From contig NC_068984.1 of NCBI RefSeq assembly GCF_001194135.2, positions 95,635,396 through 95,699,395 of the forward strand: a stretch of DNA of 64,000 nt, written 5' to 3'. The first letter of the stretch is position 1; each line of letters begins with the position of its first letter. This document shows positions 24,375-38,279 of this stretch, one piece after another. This DNA is from Octopus bimaculoides. Lineage: Eukaryota. A model generated the notes under the pieces. The model was not told the DNA's origin and did not search any database. It saw only the letters and a list, made by a program, of their open reading frames with translations. Made by a program: the position numbers and the translations under genes.

Positions 24375-25625
24375 TCATCATCATCATCATCATCATCATC
24401 GTTTAACGTCTGCTTTCCATGCTAGCATGGGTTGGACGATTTGACTGAGGACTGGTGAAACCGGATGGCAACACCAGGCTCCAATCTAATTTGGCAGAGT
24501 TTCTACAGCTGGATGCCCTTCCTAACGCCAACCACTCAGAGAGTGTAGTGGGTGCTTTTACGTGTCACCCGCACGAAAACGGCCACACTCGAAATGGTGT
24601 CTTTTATGTGCCACCCGCACAAGAGCCAGTCCAGGGGCACTGGCAACGATCTCACTCGAAAATCCTACNNNNNNNNNNNNNNNNNNNNNNNNNNNNNNNN
24701 NNNNNNNNNNNNNNNNNNNNNNNNNNNNNNNNNNNNNNNNNNNNNNNNNNNNNNNNNNNNNNNNNNNNNNNNNNNNNNNNNNNNNNNNNNNNNNNNNNNN
24801 NNNNNNNNNNNNNNNNNNNNNNNNNNNNNNNNNNNNNNNNNNNNNNNNNNNNNNNNNNNNNNNNNNNNNNNNNNNNNNNNNNNNNNNNNNNNNNNNNNNN
24901 NNNNNNNNNNNNNNNNNNNNNNNNNNNNNNNNNNNNNNNNNNNNNNNNNNNNNNNNNNNNNNNNNNNNNNNNNNNNNNNNNNNNNNNNNNNNNNNNNNNN
25001 NNNNNNNNNNNNNNNNNNNNNNNNNNNNNNNNNNNNNNNNNNNNNNNNNNNNNNNNNNNNNNNNNNNNNNNNNNNNNNNNNNNNNNNNNNNNNNNNNNNN
25101 NNNNNNNNNNNNNNNNNNNNNNNNNNNNNNNNNNNNNNNNNNNNNNNNNNNNNNNNNNNNNNNNNNNNNNNNNNNNNNNNNNNNNNNNNNNNNNNNNNNN
25201 NNNNNNNNNNNNNNNNNNNNNNNNNNNNNNNNNNNNNNNNNNNNNNNNNNNNNNNNNNNNNNNNNNNNNNNNNNNNNNNNNNNNNNNNNNNNNCATGCGT
25301 CATACAGTCTGCCTTTTACTCTGAGTGAGAGTCCCTTTGTCGCCAGCAGGGGTAAGAGCTCTCTAAACTTTGCCCAGGCTATTCTTATTCTAGCAGCTAC
25401 ACTTTCAGCGCACCCACCCCCACTACTAACTTGGTCGCCCAGATAGCGGAAGCTATCGACTACCTCTAGTTTTTCACCCTGGAATGAGATAGAAGTTGTT
25501 TCCTGTTTGTTTACAGTCTTTATTGCACCTGAACATCTGCCACAAACAAAAACTAACTTCCTAGTTAACCTGCCTTTGATGTTGCTGCACCTCTTATGTG
25601 TCCATAGCTTGCACCAGGTACATCT
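24375..25625 (-). mobile_element. RTE-clade LINE (family A), 3' portion with (ATG)n tail
   Basis: CTWCKLWTHKRC...EKLEVVDSFRYLGDQVSSGGGC...RIRIAWAKFRELLPLL. The 3' UTR ends in gttaaacg(atg)n, seen as (cat)n on plus. Large N gap inside. Confidence 0.88.
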
Positions 25626-26389
25626 TATATATATATATATATATATGGATGGCGCGGGGACATGTTCGCATATATGGGAACCAGCCTTTTTTTCTGCATG
25701 TTTCATTAAATACACGACTATGTTCAAGTTTCATCTTTTTTACTTTAAATTTTTCATGTTCTTATTAACTTTTTACAGTTGGTTTGGCACAATAGGGTTC
25801 CTAAGTTCATATTCAACATTTTTATCTCATCATCAAGAATGGAGTTGAATATATTTAACATTTGTGCTGTTTATATATTCTGTGAAGTCATTGTCCTGAG
25901 TACACAGGATCAAGTTCTTACATATTGGGTAAGAACAATTTGGTATATATCAGCTATTGTTACACTATGTAGCTAGCACTCTGGTATTGCATTATTTGAG
26001 CTTTATACCTGTCAGATCTTGATCATTTTTATAGACTGTTTTTCAGATGTGCATTTTCACAACCATGAGATTTCGGGTTCAGTCCCACTATGTATCTTGG
26101 GTACATGCCTTCTGCCATGCCCTTGGGTCAAGTAATGTCTTGTGAGTGAAATTTGATAGATAGAAACTGTAAATAAGTCCAGTGTGTGTGTGCATCCATG
26201 TTTGAAAAATAGTTATCAGACTAGTTATAAGTATAGGCACATTATTATTGACTTAAACCCTTCAAGTGGGTGCTGTAGTATGGTCACAGTCCAATGACTG
26301 AAACCAGGAAAAAAAAAACAAAAGATAAACAATGAGAAACAAGTGTTCAGAAGTAAATAAATATTCAATCGCAATTGTGACAATATCTC

Positions 26390-26395
26390 TTTATT
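26390..26395 (-). promoter_or_regulatory. UFL1: Candidate poly(A) signal of UFL1
   Basis: AATAAA on the minus strand about 15 nt after the stop codon. Confidence 0.45.
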
Positions 26396-26409
26396 GAAAT
26401 GATATAAAC

Positions 26410-26570
26410 TTAAGGACTAGATTCTTTTGTTTGTTTCTCTTTAGGTTTTGTAGCTACTGCAATGTCTTTCAATTTTGGCAACAGTTCCTCTAAGACAGCT
26501 CTTTCATTAGACTCTGTTATTTCTTCATCTTCATCTTCATTGTGAGACTTCATATCTTTGATTACCAAAT
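26410..26570 (-). CDS. UFL1: E3 UFM1-protein ligase 1, terminal coding exon
   Basis: TTTCTTTTTCCAG acceptor, then (D)LVIKDMKSHNEDEDEEITESNERAVLEELLPKLKDIAVATKPKEKQTKESSP* (TAA 26412-26410). Phase 1 matches the upstream exon. Confidence 0.88.
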
Positions 26571-27019
26571 CTGGAAAAAGAAACAATTCAGTATTTGCTA
26601 AAATGTTTATAAAGGTTTTCCTCCAAAGAATCTATAAATATTGGTTTGAAATTTTGGCACAAGGCCAGCAAGTTCGGGGGAGGAGGTAAGTCAATTACAT
26701 CAATTCCAGTGTACTTATTTTATCAACTCTGAAAGGGATGTAAACCAAAGTCAACCTTGGCAGAATTTGACATGAAATGTTGCAAAGCATTTTGCCCAGC
26801 GTGCTAATGATTCTGCCAGCTCGCCACCTTCAAAGAATCAATTAATATTAATAGAATAGTACCAATCTACATTTGGTGTTATGTTCTAGAAATTTTGTTT
26901 GAAAGAGAGAATTAAGTGAAAGGAAGTGAATAATACATCCCTTCCTTGCTCTCATTCCTGCTGCTACACCTGCATTCTTGTTTCCAACACCATCACCCAC
27001 ACAGCAGACTCAACAACTG

Positions 27020-27330
27020 CACTTTTCACATAAGGAACTCTCTCTGATGCACCTCTAACAACCTGATACAGGTACTCCAATGTTCCCTTTGAAATCTGAT
27101 AAACGTAGAACTGGCTGCCAACTGTTTGACAGGTTTGCAGAGCATCTTAAGGACATGGCATTACCTGTCTGTTGACAATTCTGTTCTGCCAACCACTCCA
27201 ACTTGGTTTTCAACACCAGATCACCATTGCTAGCATCCAGAGGGAAAAGTAGAACATTTTTTTCTCCCAAAACTTACATGCCCTACAGTTTGAAATCACT
27301 ACATCAATTCTTCTAACATGCATTTTCAGT
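27020..27330 (+). mobile_element. Penelope-like GIY-YIG fragment, same family as 15630-16130
   Basis: RQLFDRFAEHLKDM...SANHS relic. Confidence 0.55.
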
Positions 27331-28489
27331 ATATTCATCAACTCTAGTACTATACGCCACTTCCCCTTGCTCCCTCCCACTCTGTTCCCATGCACCCTAC
27401 ATACACCTTCCCCCACTACCCACACTACACCCACATCACCCTCACATCTGCACACTCATCCCTAACATACTAACATGTGTTCCCCACCACACACATACAC
27501 AGTTCAGATTCTTGACTGAAACCTTACTGATACCAGACACTAACTACCTATAAGTCATACCAGCAGATGCGTACACACACACCTTCATATACATCTGATC
27601 AATGTCACACACACACACACATATATATGCAAGCACACAGACACTGCTAATCTCATCAACCAAACACTCTCAGTCAGTCAGTAGATGGAGAGATAGATGA
27701 CACTTCTCCTATCTGCAATCATTCTCAACACCCTCTCATATCTGCCATAAATGCCCCTCACCACCTTTGTTGCACCACTCACTATAGCCACTCTCGTGTA
27801 TCTCTGACTTCCACTCTGTCACTGTACATTTTCATCCCTCACCCTTCCACTCTCACACACTGCACATCATCTTCCTTATTTCTAATCTATCAACAAATTT
27901 ATGACACTATTGCTCTCCACACCTACAGTATCCCTGCGTGTCACCTCTTCCTTCCTCAACTACTTCCATCTTTCTCACCTCTCCATCCTATGCTGACATT
28001 CACCTCAACCAAACCTCCATCCTTATTGCTCATACACTATAACCACCTCTAGCCATCTGTCACTATCCTCTCACACTTTTATAAAATTACTCAACCTTTC
28101 CTTCCTCCAGTCTATATTCTCCCATCCTTTACCTTGAGAATATGCTCTGGTACTATCACCACCAATTTTATCTTCCTTCCAGCTACTCTCACTCATCTTC
28201 ATATAAAGTTGGGCAGTCATGTATCTCCTCTAAAGAAAGACACCTGCGCTTGTCTCTGTATCATTCTTTAGCCTTCATCATCTGTCATAAAGCAAGCTCT
28301 CCTGCTCTCAAAAATACTCACTCAGTTGATGGGGATTTTTCTGTTTTCTTTCATTTCCTATCTTTGACTGGCAATTTACTTGGTAACCTTATTAGTGCTG
28401 GTGCCAGGAAAAAAAATCACCCACTACACACTGTAAAGTGGTTAGTATTAGGAAGGGTGTCCAGTTATGCAGCTCATTGGATCCTGTCA

Positions 28490-29420
28490 AACTGACATGC
28501 CATGAACAAGTTCAGAAAGAATCTGCTAAAAATCTTCAAAGAATTTGGCCTATCTATAAACAATTACTATCAATTTGACAAAAGTCAACTTCTTGGATGT
28601 AACCCTACACTTGAAGACAAGCAAGTACTAATCTTAGAGAAAGCCCAATGAGGAAACTGTTTACATCCACAGAAACTCCAACCATCCCTAGCTGTAATTA
28701 GAAATTTAGTCACAGGCATAAATAGGAAAATCTCTTAGCTGTTAGCAGATAGAGAAATCTTCAAACAGGTCCTTCACTCATTTAAACAAGGCAGTAGGAA
28801 GGAGTGCATTCACTGAGTAGTACATATGGAGGACACACCCAGAAAGAGAAAGCTAATCTCGTCCAATCCTCTATTTAACCTGGAAGTTTTAACCAGCCTA
28901 ACTTGGACCTTCCTGATGTTAATGAAGAAAACATTTCCCTAGAACCCATAAGTATTATAAACTCTTCAATCTCCACAATGTTATTCCTGCTTAGACAACA
29001 ATGCTTCAAACATCATAGACACAAATTCACACCTAGATAGCCTCTAATCCACACCCCAACCTGTAATGGTTGAAATCCTACCAACAACCCACTGGCAGGA
29101 TCCTGTCTCTCAAAGGTTGCTATCTACAGACTACAGCCTTTGAGATGTCTCACACCATCTAATGACACTACATGGGGATGACAACCAATAACTTTAAGGG
29201 AAGGTTATACATAACATAAGCACTACTTCTGAAGCAGAGATAGGGAAAATTCTACCTCACTGTCCTGCTTCATCTGGACTCATTAGAATGACTTCCTCAA
29301 GATCAAACGGAGTATCATTGATGGGCCCAACCTGGAACTTGCAATTTCCAACTTTGTCTTTACAAAAGACAACACATATTCCACCAACCTGCAGTATCCA
29401 CCAACTGGAAGAATGAACCA
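28490..29420 (+). mobile_element. Penelope-like RT thumb and endonuclease relics
   Basis: KVNFLDVTLHL and KPNEETVYIHRNSNHP motifs with stops and deletions. Confidence 0.65.
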
Positions 29421-30188
29421 TCTTATTGTTGCCACCAGAGGCATGCCCTGTAAATGAATTTCAAGCCACTGGCAGCTGATGATCCAGGTATACCACCCTA
29501 GGCACTCCCCACACACACAAAGGCAGGGTATTTTATCCCTGCCACCAATAGAGATAACAGCCCCATTCTTGCTGATCTTCCAGCCTCAGTTTTTAACCTA
29601 GCACCATCAAAACTGGTTATACCCACATAAAGACTACTGACGCTAATGTGTTAATACTCCAATAAATGACCACTGAGCTTGCAATGAACTGATGTCACTA
29701 AATACACCATACCACAGCTTGCAGACATAGTGGGAGACCTACCTGCCAACACCTTGTGTGAGCTAGTGGGCCTAAAAATAAAGAAAAGAACTGATGTTGT
29801 TTCCATGACCTGACTTAATCAATAGAGAGCTCTAACATCTTGAAGCCATCCCAAATTTGTCTCAAATCTCATTACTCTTCTCTAGGTATCTGATGAGCAG
29901 GGTTCGTCTTCTAATTCCATGAAACTTTATGTCAAATAGAGCTGAATCAAACTGCTATTAAATAATATATATGTAACTCCTACCAAGTGTGTTGAGGGCA
30001 TGTGCCTGGTGGTTAAGGTGTTGCACTTATGATCACAAGATTGTGATTTTGATTCCCAGACTGGGTAGTAATTTGTGTTGTTGAGCAAAACACTTCATCT
30101 CACATTGCTCTGTGATCATTTCGACATCTGACATGTGGTTCACTGTGCACTGTACAGACAATATTAATTTGATAGAGGGAGTGAGTTA

Positions 30189-30900
30189 CAGGGTGTTTGA
30201 TCTAAATTCAACAGTTTGCATAAAAACAAAACAAGACAATATCCCATCCAAATATAAAAGTATTTTTAAAAATTGAAAATATATCAATTAGCCTCCATCA
30301 ATTTCCATCATGGCCTCAAGATGGCCCCAGAACCAGGTGTGTGTATTCCTCACTGTGTCCCTAGGAAGATCTTCAAACATTTCCTTGATCTTGGTCACCA
30401 ACTGGGCCTTAGTGATGCAGGTAGAGTGGTTGGTATCTTTCTCAACTGCACCCACACACTAAGTAATTCATAGGATTACAATAGGAGGAATTAGGAAACC
30501 AGAATTTGGGCTGGCGAAGTTGTAGAAATTCTCTAAAAACTACTTCTGAGTCTTTCCGGCAGTATGGCAAGGAGCTGAATCATGCTGCCACACATATAGT
30601 CTTCCACCAGCACCCCAGTCAAGCAGCTTCACATAGCCTCCTGAACTGAGTTGAGGGCCCTCTTCAAAGATATAGGGTAGCATGATGTCACCCAGGAAGC
30701 ACACCCAAAGACCATCACAGTTTCGTGATATGTGGGACATCACATAGATCTTAGGCAAGCCAATTGTTGTTCTAGGCATGGTGTAACTGGTCCTGGCAGA
30801 AGTTCTTTTCAGCTGAGAAGAACCAGATCATTCCTAGTTCATCAGGATGCCTCAGCTTATTCAGGAGCTTTTTTGTCTTTACCAAGCAGTACCCCTTGAC
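30189..30900 (-). mobile_element. Tc1-like transposon remnant
   Basis: TA-CAGGGTGTTTGATCTAAATT terminus and minus-strand YVWQHDSAPCHTAGKTQK motif. Confidence 0.7.
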
Positions 30901-32149
30901 CCTGGCTGTCAGAATTTGTCCCTAGCACCTCGTGTATGAGTGATAGCAAAAGTCCTCATTCAAGGCCAGCTTTCTTTCACCAAAAACCTAGATTGCCTGC
31001 TCAGATTTTCCATCACTTGGATGAATTCAGACATGCAAATATAGTTGGAACACCTATGTCCCTTCCAGTTAACCACAACTTTGTGGTCGCTGTTGCAGCT
31101 ATCCATATCACATCTTACAGCCTCCACAGTGTTCATAGAGCATTGAGCAGCAATCATGATGTTGGTATTTTTACAACAAGCTCAATAATCAGATGGCTTC
31201 CAGTCCTCCATGTGGCTTCCAGTCCTCCATGTCAGGGCGCATGACAGCTTCATATGTGAACATAAAGTGGTAGCAGAGAGAAACAAAGTGAGAGATAGAA
31301 GAAAAGAGGAATAGAAGCAAACAAGTTGTGAGTGAGGTGAAGGGAAAAGATGAGCTGAGAAGGGAGTAGGAGGATAAGAAAAGGATTAATGAAATAAGAG
31401 GAGATATCAAGTCCAAATATGAAACATTGTTCCCTAAATTTTCTTGGGAATTACATCTTTATGGTATATGGAGATGTAATTAAATATATTTAATAAAATT
31501 CTATTTTGTTTTTTTTTTTCTATATGTACTCTGTAGAGATGCTTGAGGTAGCCTGTAGGGACCAGTTATAGCCTTTGGAAAATAGGTCCTTTGCATCTGT
31601 GCAAATGTAAATGAAAATAGCAACTCCTTTCTTTCTTCAGCCTGAACAATCCATGCAATTTTGACCTCAGCATCTAAGTTGATCTCAGAATGGAGAAAGT
31701 GTTGTATGTGGTCCAGCATTCAATATATGGAATCTTCCATTTTGTGCTTTGATAGTGTGCTGATGCCTTGTGTATTTAATCGGCTTGTCTTTGCTAAGGT
31801 AGTTGTGTCTTTGTGTTACTTCAAAGACCTAGTATTGTGTTTGCTATTTAATGACAAAACTCAGATTAACTTGTGCACTCGTGTGACAACAGGGGCTGAT
31901 AATGTGCTATAGTGAGAATGCTTTGCTTCTCTAGATTATTTTTTTCCCTAGATTTAGCCTGGCTAAAAGAGACTTGATTAGAGAATGGTTGATGTCTGTG
32001 GCAACCTCTCTTCTGCTGGTGGCATAATAAAATGCATCAGTACACAAACATGACCATGATGACTCATCCAACCTATGTCAGCATAAAAAGTGGATGTAAA
32101 AATTATTTACACACACACATTCATATACATAGAATAATCTAAGATGTAC

Positions 32150-32361
32150 CTTGGAATTGTCGAAGGGTCTCCCATGATGAAGTAACCATGTAATCTTCAA
32201 GAAATTCTATTATCCGTGGTACACATCGACCGGGAGCATGGATAAATGTGTTTGTGAATGTCTGGAAAAGAATCAGCACAGCCAGGTGTAGTGCATTTGC
32301 TGGATCATCTTCAGCGGATAATTCAGCAATGAGAGTTTGTCGGTGTTCCTGGAGGAGCTGT
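32150..32361 (-). CDS. UFL1: E3 UFM1-protein ligase 1 exon
   Basis: TTTATTTGTAG|A CAG...: (R)QLLQEHRQTLIAELSAEDDPANALHLAVLILFQTFTNTFIHAPGRCVPRIIEFLEDYMVTSSWETLRQFQ G|GTACAT. Contains the UFL1 HAPGRCVP motif. 212 nt, phase 2 to phase 1. Confidence 0.95.
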
Positions 32362-32871
32362 CTACAAATAAACAAAACAAATAAGAAGCTTTAACAGCAA
32401 GTAATAACAAAAAGCGTAGAATAATGTTTTACAATGTGCATGTGCGTGTGTATGTATACCAACCACAAAAGCCACAAAAACAGAATTTGCCAAAGCCAAA
32501 AGAAATTCAAGTATAGCACAGCCTAATCAGTGTCTGAACAGACACTAGTGTTACAATTAGCCAGTGAGTTTGTTACAAAGAGATGAGTTGTTGCTATCTC
32601 TAGCAGTTGAGTGTCCATCACTGATGAAGTCAAGGAAGGATCAAATCACATGATCTAGTGGTCTCAGTGGGGATTTATCTCCCTGCTAGCAATCGAAAGA
32701 AGCATGCATTTTGTACCAAAAGCCTATATGAAAATTTCTCTCATGGCATCTCCCATACTAAAGTTCGTTCTAACATAACATCTATGTTTAAGTAGGAATA
32801 AATATTAATTCTTTTAGTATTTTTCAAATTAGTAATCAATTTAATAATTATTGACAATCCAATGTTTATAA

Positions 32872-33130
32872 TCATCATCATCATCATCATCGTTTAACGT
32901 CCGCTTTCCATGCTAGCATGCGTTGGACGATTTGACTAAGCACTGGTGAACCAGGTGGCTACACCAGGCTTCAATCTGATCTGGCAGAGTTTCTACAGCT
33001 GGATGCCCTTCCAAACACCAACCACTCCGAGAGTGTAGTGGGTGCTTTTACGTGCCACCAGCACGAAGGCCAGTCAGGCGGTACTGGCAACGGCCACGCT
33101 CAAAATAGTGTATTTTACATGCCACCTGCG
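32872..33130 (-). mobile_element. RTE family A 3'-end fragment
   Basis: (cat)n-cgtttaacgtccgctttccatgctagc...ggatgcccttcc, near-identical to 24375-24670 and the reverse of 39840-40000. Confidence 0.8.
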
Positions 33131-33385
33131 ATTGTCAATAATTATTTCATTTGAATAAATCTGAATTATAAATCTGTTCCAAAATAAATACATTCACCCA
33201 CACATTATACATTCTTATGTGAATTTTCATACATTACTACCTTCTATTTAATGGTAGGGAATGAGTGAACCTGATGATTGAAAAAAGTGAAGAAACTATG
33301 GATATCTTTCCTGAAAAATGAAAATTAAATAGTCATCAGATACTACTGAAGAAACTTTAACATATTCATCACACAAATGAATGGC

Positions 33386-33416
<31 letters not shown>

Positions 33417-35869
33417 GTGCATTGGTTATAACAAGAAAAATTACTAAATATATTTTGCACAGTATAATTATTAAATATATTTGGCTACTCCATTTTCCAC
33501 AATAATGAAATCATTCAGTAAAAACAACTCCAGTTGGAGTCGGTTAACCTTTGCACATAAATTATAAGTCAGCAGAAATATCATAGAATAAAAACTTCAA
33601 AGAGATAATTCAGGCAAAGGGGCATTTAGAATAACTTTATAAAATACTCATTGTAGGCTATGTTCAATCAAGAACTAATTAGTTCAAACAAGACTAATTA
33701 AATATTTTTCAAAGGAAAATCATCACAATTAAGTGTATTTTAGCCAACTCTAAGCCAAAAATTCCCATTTTTTATGTAGTTTCTCTTGGCACAAAATATT
33801 CATTTTATAATTGTTTGGACATCTTGATATATTTACTGAGATGAGAGTATAATTTAAGAGAAATAATACTCTGCAGTATGAGGTTAAAATTCATTATACA
33901 TGTCTTGCACTGAGGCCTTAATTTGATATCCATATTATTATCGTTTTAATGTTGACTTTTCCATGCTTTAATGTTGAGTCTGATTTTTCATAGCCAGATG
34001 CCCTTCCTACTGCCAACCAATATCAGTTCCCAAGTAAAGTAATATTTCCCCATGGCCAGACATGTTTAATAGAAAGAGGAAATTAAGGACACTGCTTATA
34101 TGAGAGTCATGCTCATTTAACTATCACACTATGTCAAGATAAGGAGACACAAACACACATACATTCATACAGGTACATACATGTGCACACAATGAGCTTC
34201 TCTAAGTTTTCGGCTACCAAAACCACTCACAAGGATTTTGTTGGCTCAGAGTTATAGTAGAAAACACTGGGCCAAGGTGCCATGCAGTGGGACTGAATTT
34301 AAAACCAAGTGGTTGGGAAGTGAACATCTAAACAACAGCCATGCCTGCACCCATATATATATATATATATATNNNNNNNNNNNNNNNNNNNNNNNNNNNN
34401 NNNNNNNNNNNNNNNNNNNNNNNNNNNNNNNNNNNNNNNNNNNNNNNNNNNNNNNNNNNNNNNNNNNNNNNNNNNNNNNNNNNNNNNNNNNNNNNNNNNN
34501 NNNNNNNNNNNNNNNNNNNNNNNNNNNNNNNNNNNNNNNNNNNNNNNNNNNNNNNNNNNNNNNNNNNNNNNNNNNNNNNNNNNNNNNNNNNNNNNNNNNN
34601 NNNNNNNNNNNNNNNNNNNNNNNNNNNNNNNNNNNNNNNNNNNNNNNNNNNNNNNNNNNNNNNNNNNNNNNNNNNNNNNNNNNNNNNNNNNNNNNNNNNN
34701 NNNNNNNNNNNNNNNNNNNNNNNNNNNNNNNNNNNNNNNNNNNNNNNNNNNNNNNNNNNNNNNNNNNNNNNNNNNNNNNNNNNNNNNNNNNNNNNNNNNN
34801 NNNNNNNNNNNNNNNNNNNNNNNNNNNNNNNNNNNNNNNNNNNNNNNNNNNNNNNNNNNNNNNNNNNNNNNNNNNNNNNNNNNNNNNNNNNNNNNNNNNN
34901 NNNNNNNNNNNNNNNNNNNNNNNNNNNNNNNNNNNNNNNNNNNNNNNNNNNNNNNNNNNNNNNNNNNNNNNNNNNNNNNNNNNNNNNNNNNNNNNNNNNN
35001 NNNNNNNNNNNNNNNNNNNNNNNNNNNNNNNNNNNNNNNNNNNNNNNNNNNNNNNNNNNNNNNNNNNNNNNAACGTGACATTATTAACTTTACATTTATT
35101 AGAATATAAACTAACAGAAATATTAAATGCAAATCTTATCTTAACGAGTCTTCCGTTTAAAATACAATTTAAACGAAGTTTTAGGTTAAACTAAAATTAT
35201 AAACATAAAATAAATAACTTTAATTTTAATATAAACTAACAAAAAATTAAATCACCATTAAATAAAAGAAAAAGCATTTAACAAAATTATTGAAAAGAAA
35301 TACAAAATTTATCTAATCGAATCTTTAGCTTGAATAAAATTTTAAATGTTGTACTATTAACTTAACCTTAATTAGAATATTAACTAATAATCAAAGAAAT
35401 TATATAAAAAAAACTACTTATTTATCCCATAATCAAAAAGAAATATTAAACAATATTATTTGAAAAATGCAACACTAATCTAATCGAAGTTTTGGTTTAA
35501 ACTAAAATGATAACTTAGTGTTAAATAAGGTATCGGCTAACATTAAATATCAATTGAATTACTATAAAAATACATATTGTTTTTATCTTCATTAATATTG
35601 TTAAATGATTTTCTATCATTGAATGGAAAAATATGTATTACTGAAAAACAGTAAACAACATGAAATATGAAAACAAATGAGCTAAATATGCAAATAACGA
35701 GAGAAAAAAAAAGGACAAATAATACAAAGAATGACCCTTCATCAGTTGTCAGCTGTTTATCTACTACCCATTTCGAGCAATCTTGTTATTTGCGTATTTA
35801 ACTCATTTATTTTCGTATTTCATGTTGTTTACTGTTGGTGACGTCTTATACTCATATATATATATATAG

Positions 35870-36292
35870 TTTTAGGGAAAAGAACCAAGTTTCAAGAACT
35901 CATTGAGGAAAATCCACTATCACATATAGAAAAATTAACAATTAAAAGCACAATAAATGAGTATAATATAAAACAAAGTAAATATCATAAGATAAAGATA
36001 ATAAAATGACTACACGTGTTTCATAACTAATTTTCAAATAGAAAAGAAATTTAAATCAATTAAAATCAATTAAAATTATCGAAAATAAATTCTATTAAAA
36101 AATACAGCTAACCGTCAGGTTGTAAATAGAACAATAATTATAATATATAAATATATATATCAACCAACAATAAGTACCAAATGAATTTATATAAAATACT
36201 TATTTTATAAAGATAGAAAAATTATTAAAAATATCAAAATATCAAAATAATAAACATTTTTTAAATAATAAACTTAGTTCTTTTCCCTAAAA
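35870..36292. mobile_element. AT-rich element with 23-bp terminal inverted repeats in a (TA)n context
   Basis: TTTTAGGGAAAAGAACCAAGTTT (35870-35892) and AAACTTAGTTCTTTTCCCTAAAA (36270-36292), 22/23 complementary. Confidence 0.7.
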
Positions 36293-36409
36293 ATATATAT
36301 TTTGAAATATATTTTAATCTATAAAGCTCAATTTAATTTTAATTTTTTACAAATTGATTTTAATTGAGTTTTTACCTGTAATTTTGGATTTTGTCCCTAA
36401 TATTATTAT

Positions 36410-36444
<35 letters not shown>

Positions 36445-36449
<5 letters not shown>

Positions 36450-38270
36450 ATCATCCATCATTTTTAATCCAGGTTTTGTCCCTGTTAACGGGGGTGGCCG
36501 GATCTACCACAATTCTATAGCAACTGCCCTCACACCATCTCACCATCTTGCCCGGTTTTGGGCGTCCTCCCTTCTCAAGCCAACCCTCCCAATCTCCTCC
36601 TCCTCCACCTGTTCCCTCCACATTTTCCTCAGTCTACCTCGCTTTTGCTGCCTATATATCTCAAACTCTAGCACCCTCTTCAGAACATGCTCCTCATCCT
36701 GCCTCAACACATGCCCATACCACCACACTCCATTTGCCCTTGCCAGCCATTTCACTGATTCCTCCAACCCCAGCATCTCCATCAAGTCCTCAGTCCTCTT
36801 ATCAAACAGCCTCACACCACACATTTCTCTCACCATTGCTCTCTCAGTCCTTCTCAAAATTGCCATCTCTCTCTCAAACGCCATGTCTCATTCCCATACA
36901 ACATTGCAGCTCTCACACAACTCCACATTCCCTGAACTTCACCCAGCCAGGTCTTGCTCTTGCTGTCACAGCTGCTTCACATCCACAACTTATATCCACC
37001 CTATCTTCCAAATAACAAAACCCTCTCACTGTTTTCACCTTGTTACATAGTGTTTCCACTGACTTTGTCAGCCTTCCAGCTCTTTTCTCACATCTTCCAT
37101 AAACAAACTCTCTTGCCAGTCTTGGGGTCACCTTCTTCATTTTCATACATCTACTATGAATCCATTTCTTACATCTTGTACACAACACTGCATTTACCAT
37201 TACCCTCCTCCCACATATACCACATGGATCCACCTTACTCACTAACACTTCTCCTTCCACCCCACTCGCCATCACCTTTGTCTTCCCAAGGTTTACCATC
37301 AATCCCTCCATTATCTCACTAATCAGAACAAGATCATCTGCATACAGTATCTCCATTAGCAATCCCTCTCTTGCACTCTCCATCACATCAACCACTATTG
37401 CAAACAACAATGGTGACAACAAAGATTCCTGATGCACACCAACTTTTACCACAAACTCCTCCGGCAGCTCTGATCCAATTCTCACTCTTGTCTTTACCGC
37501 CTCATACAAACTCATTACTGCTCTCACTATTACCTCTAGTACACCTCTCTTCCTCAATGCCCACTCAATCCCCTTCCTTGGAACCCTATCAAATGCCTTC
37601 TCCAGATCAATGAAGCACATATACAACTCCTTCCCCTTATCTCAGTATTCCTCCTGCAATCTCCTTACAATGAACACTGCATCTATTGTCCCCTCAGCTT
37701 CCTGACATAAAACAAAACTGCATTTCATCCACATCCACCCCTATCTGAATTCTCCTCTCCAACACCCTTTCTACTATCTTCATTGCATGCTCCAATAACT
37801 TCACTCCTCTATATGCACCACAACTCATCACATCCTCCTTCTCCTTGAAGATTGGTACCACCACACTCAGTGCCCAATCATCTGGCATTCCTCTTCCATC
37901 CAGCACACCCTGGCAAAGCTACATCATCACAACAATCCCTATCTCTGCACTTGCAGTAATCATTTCCACACTTACTTCTAATGAACCAGCTGCCTTTGCT
38001 GTTTTCATTTCCTTCATTGCTTCCACTACTTCCTGACTAACCCTCTCCACTGGCCCCTTCACCACAGCAACTTTTACCCTCTGATCCCATTCGTTCTCCT
38101 CATTCACAATTCCCTCCATATGCTCCTTCCAAACTCCTCCCCTGTCCTTCTCACCTTATCACTCCACCTCATGCATCTCCTTCCCTCAACATCTCTTCCA
38201 TCATTTTTCATTGATTTAATAAACCTAAACACTCTATCTGAGTTCTCATCCAGCCCAGTCAACTTCTCCT
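36445..38270 (-). mobile_element. RTE-clade LINE family B (RT with Cys-rich insertion)
   Basis: FIDLEKAFDRVP, VGVHQESLLSP, LYADDL, PCGICGRRVMVNAVLCTRCKKWIHSRC, WYGHVLR. Confidence 0.9.
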
Positions 38271-38279
38271 CAGCCTCCT

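Noticed and set aside
4244-35194. Long ORFs made mostly of X
   Set aside because: Artefacts of reading through N gaps
35080-36400. Possible mitochondrial insertion (very AT-rich)
   Set aside because: No mitochondrial protein, rRNA or tRNA motif recognised. It is better explained by tandem repeats and a TIR element.
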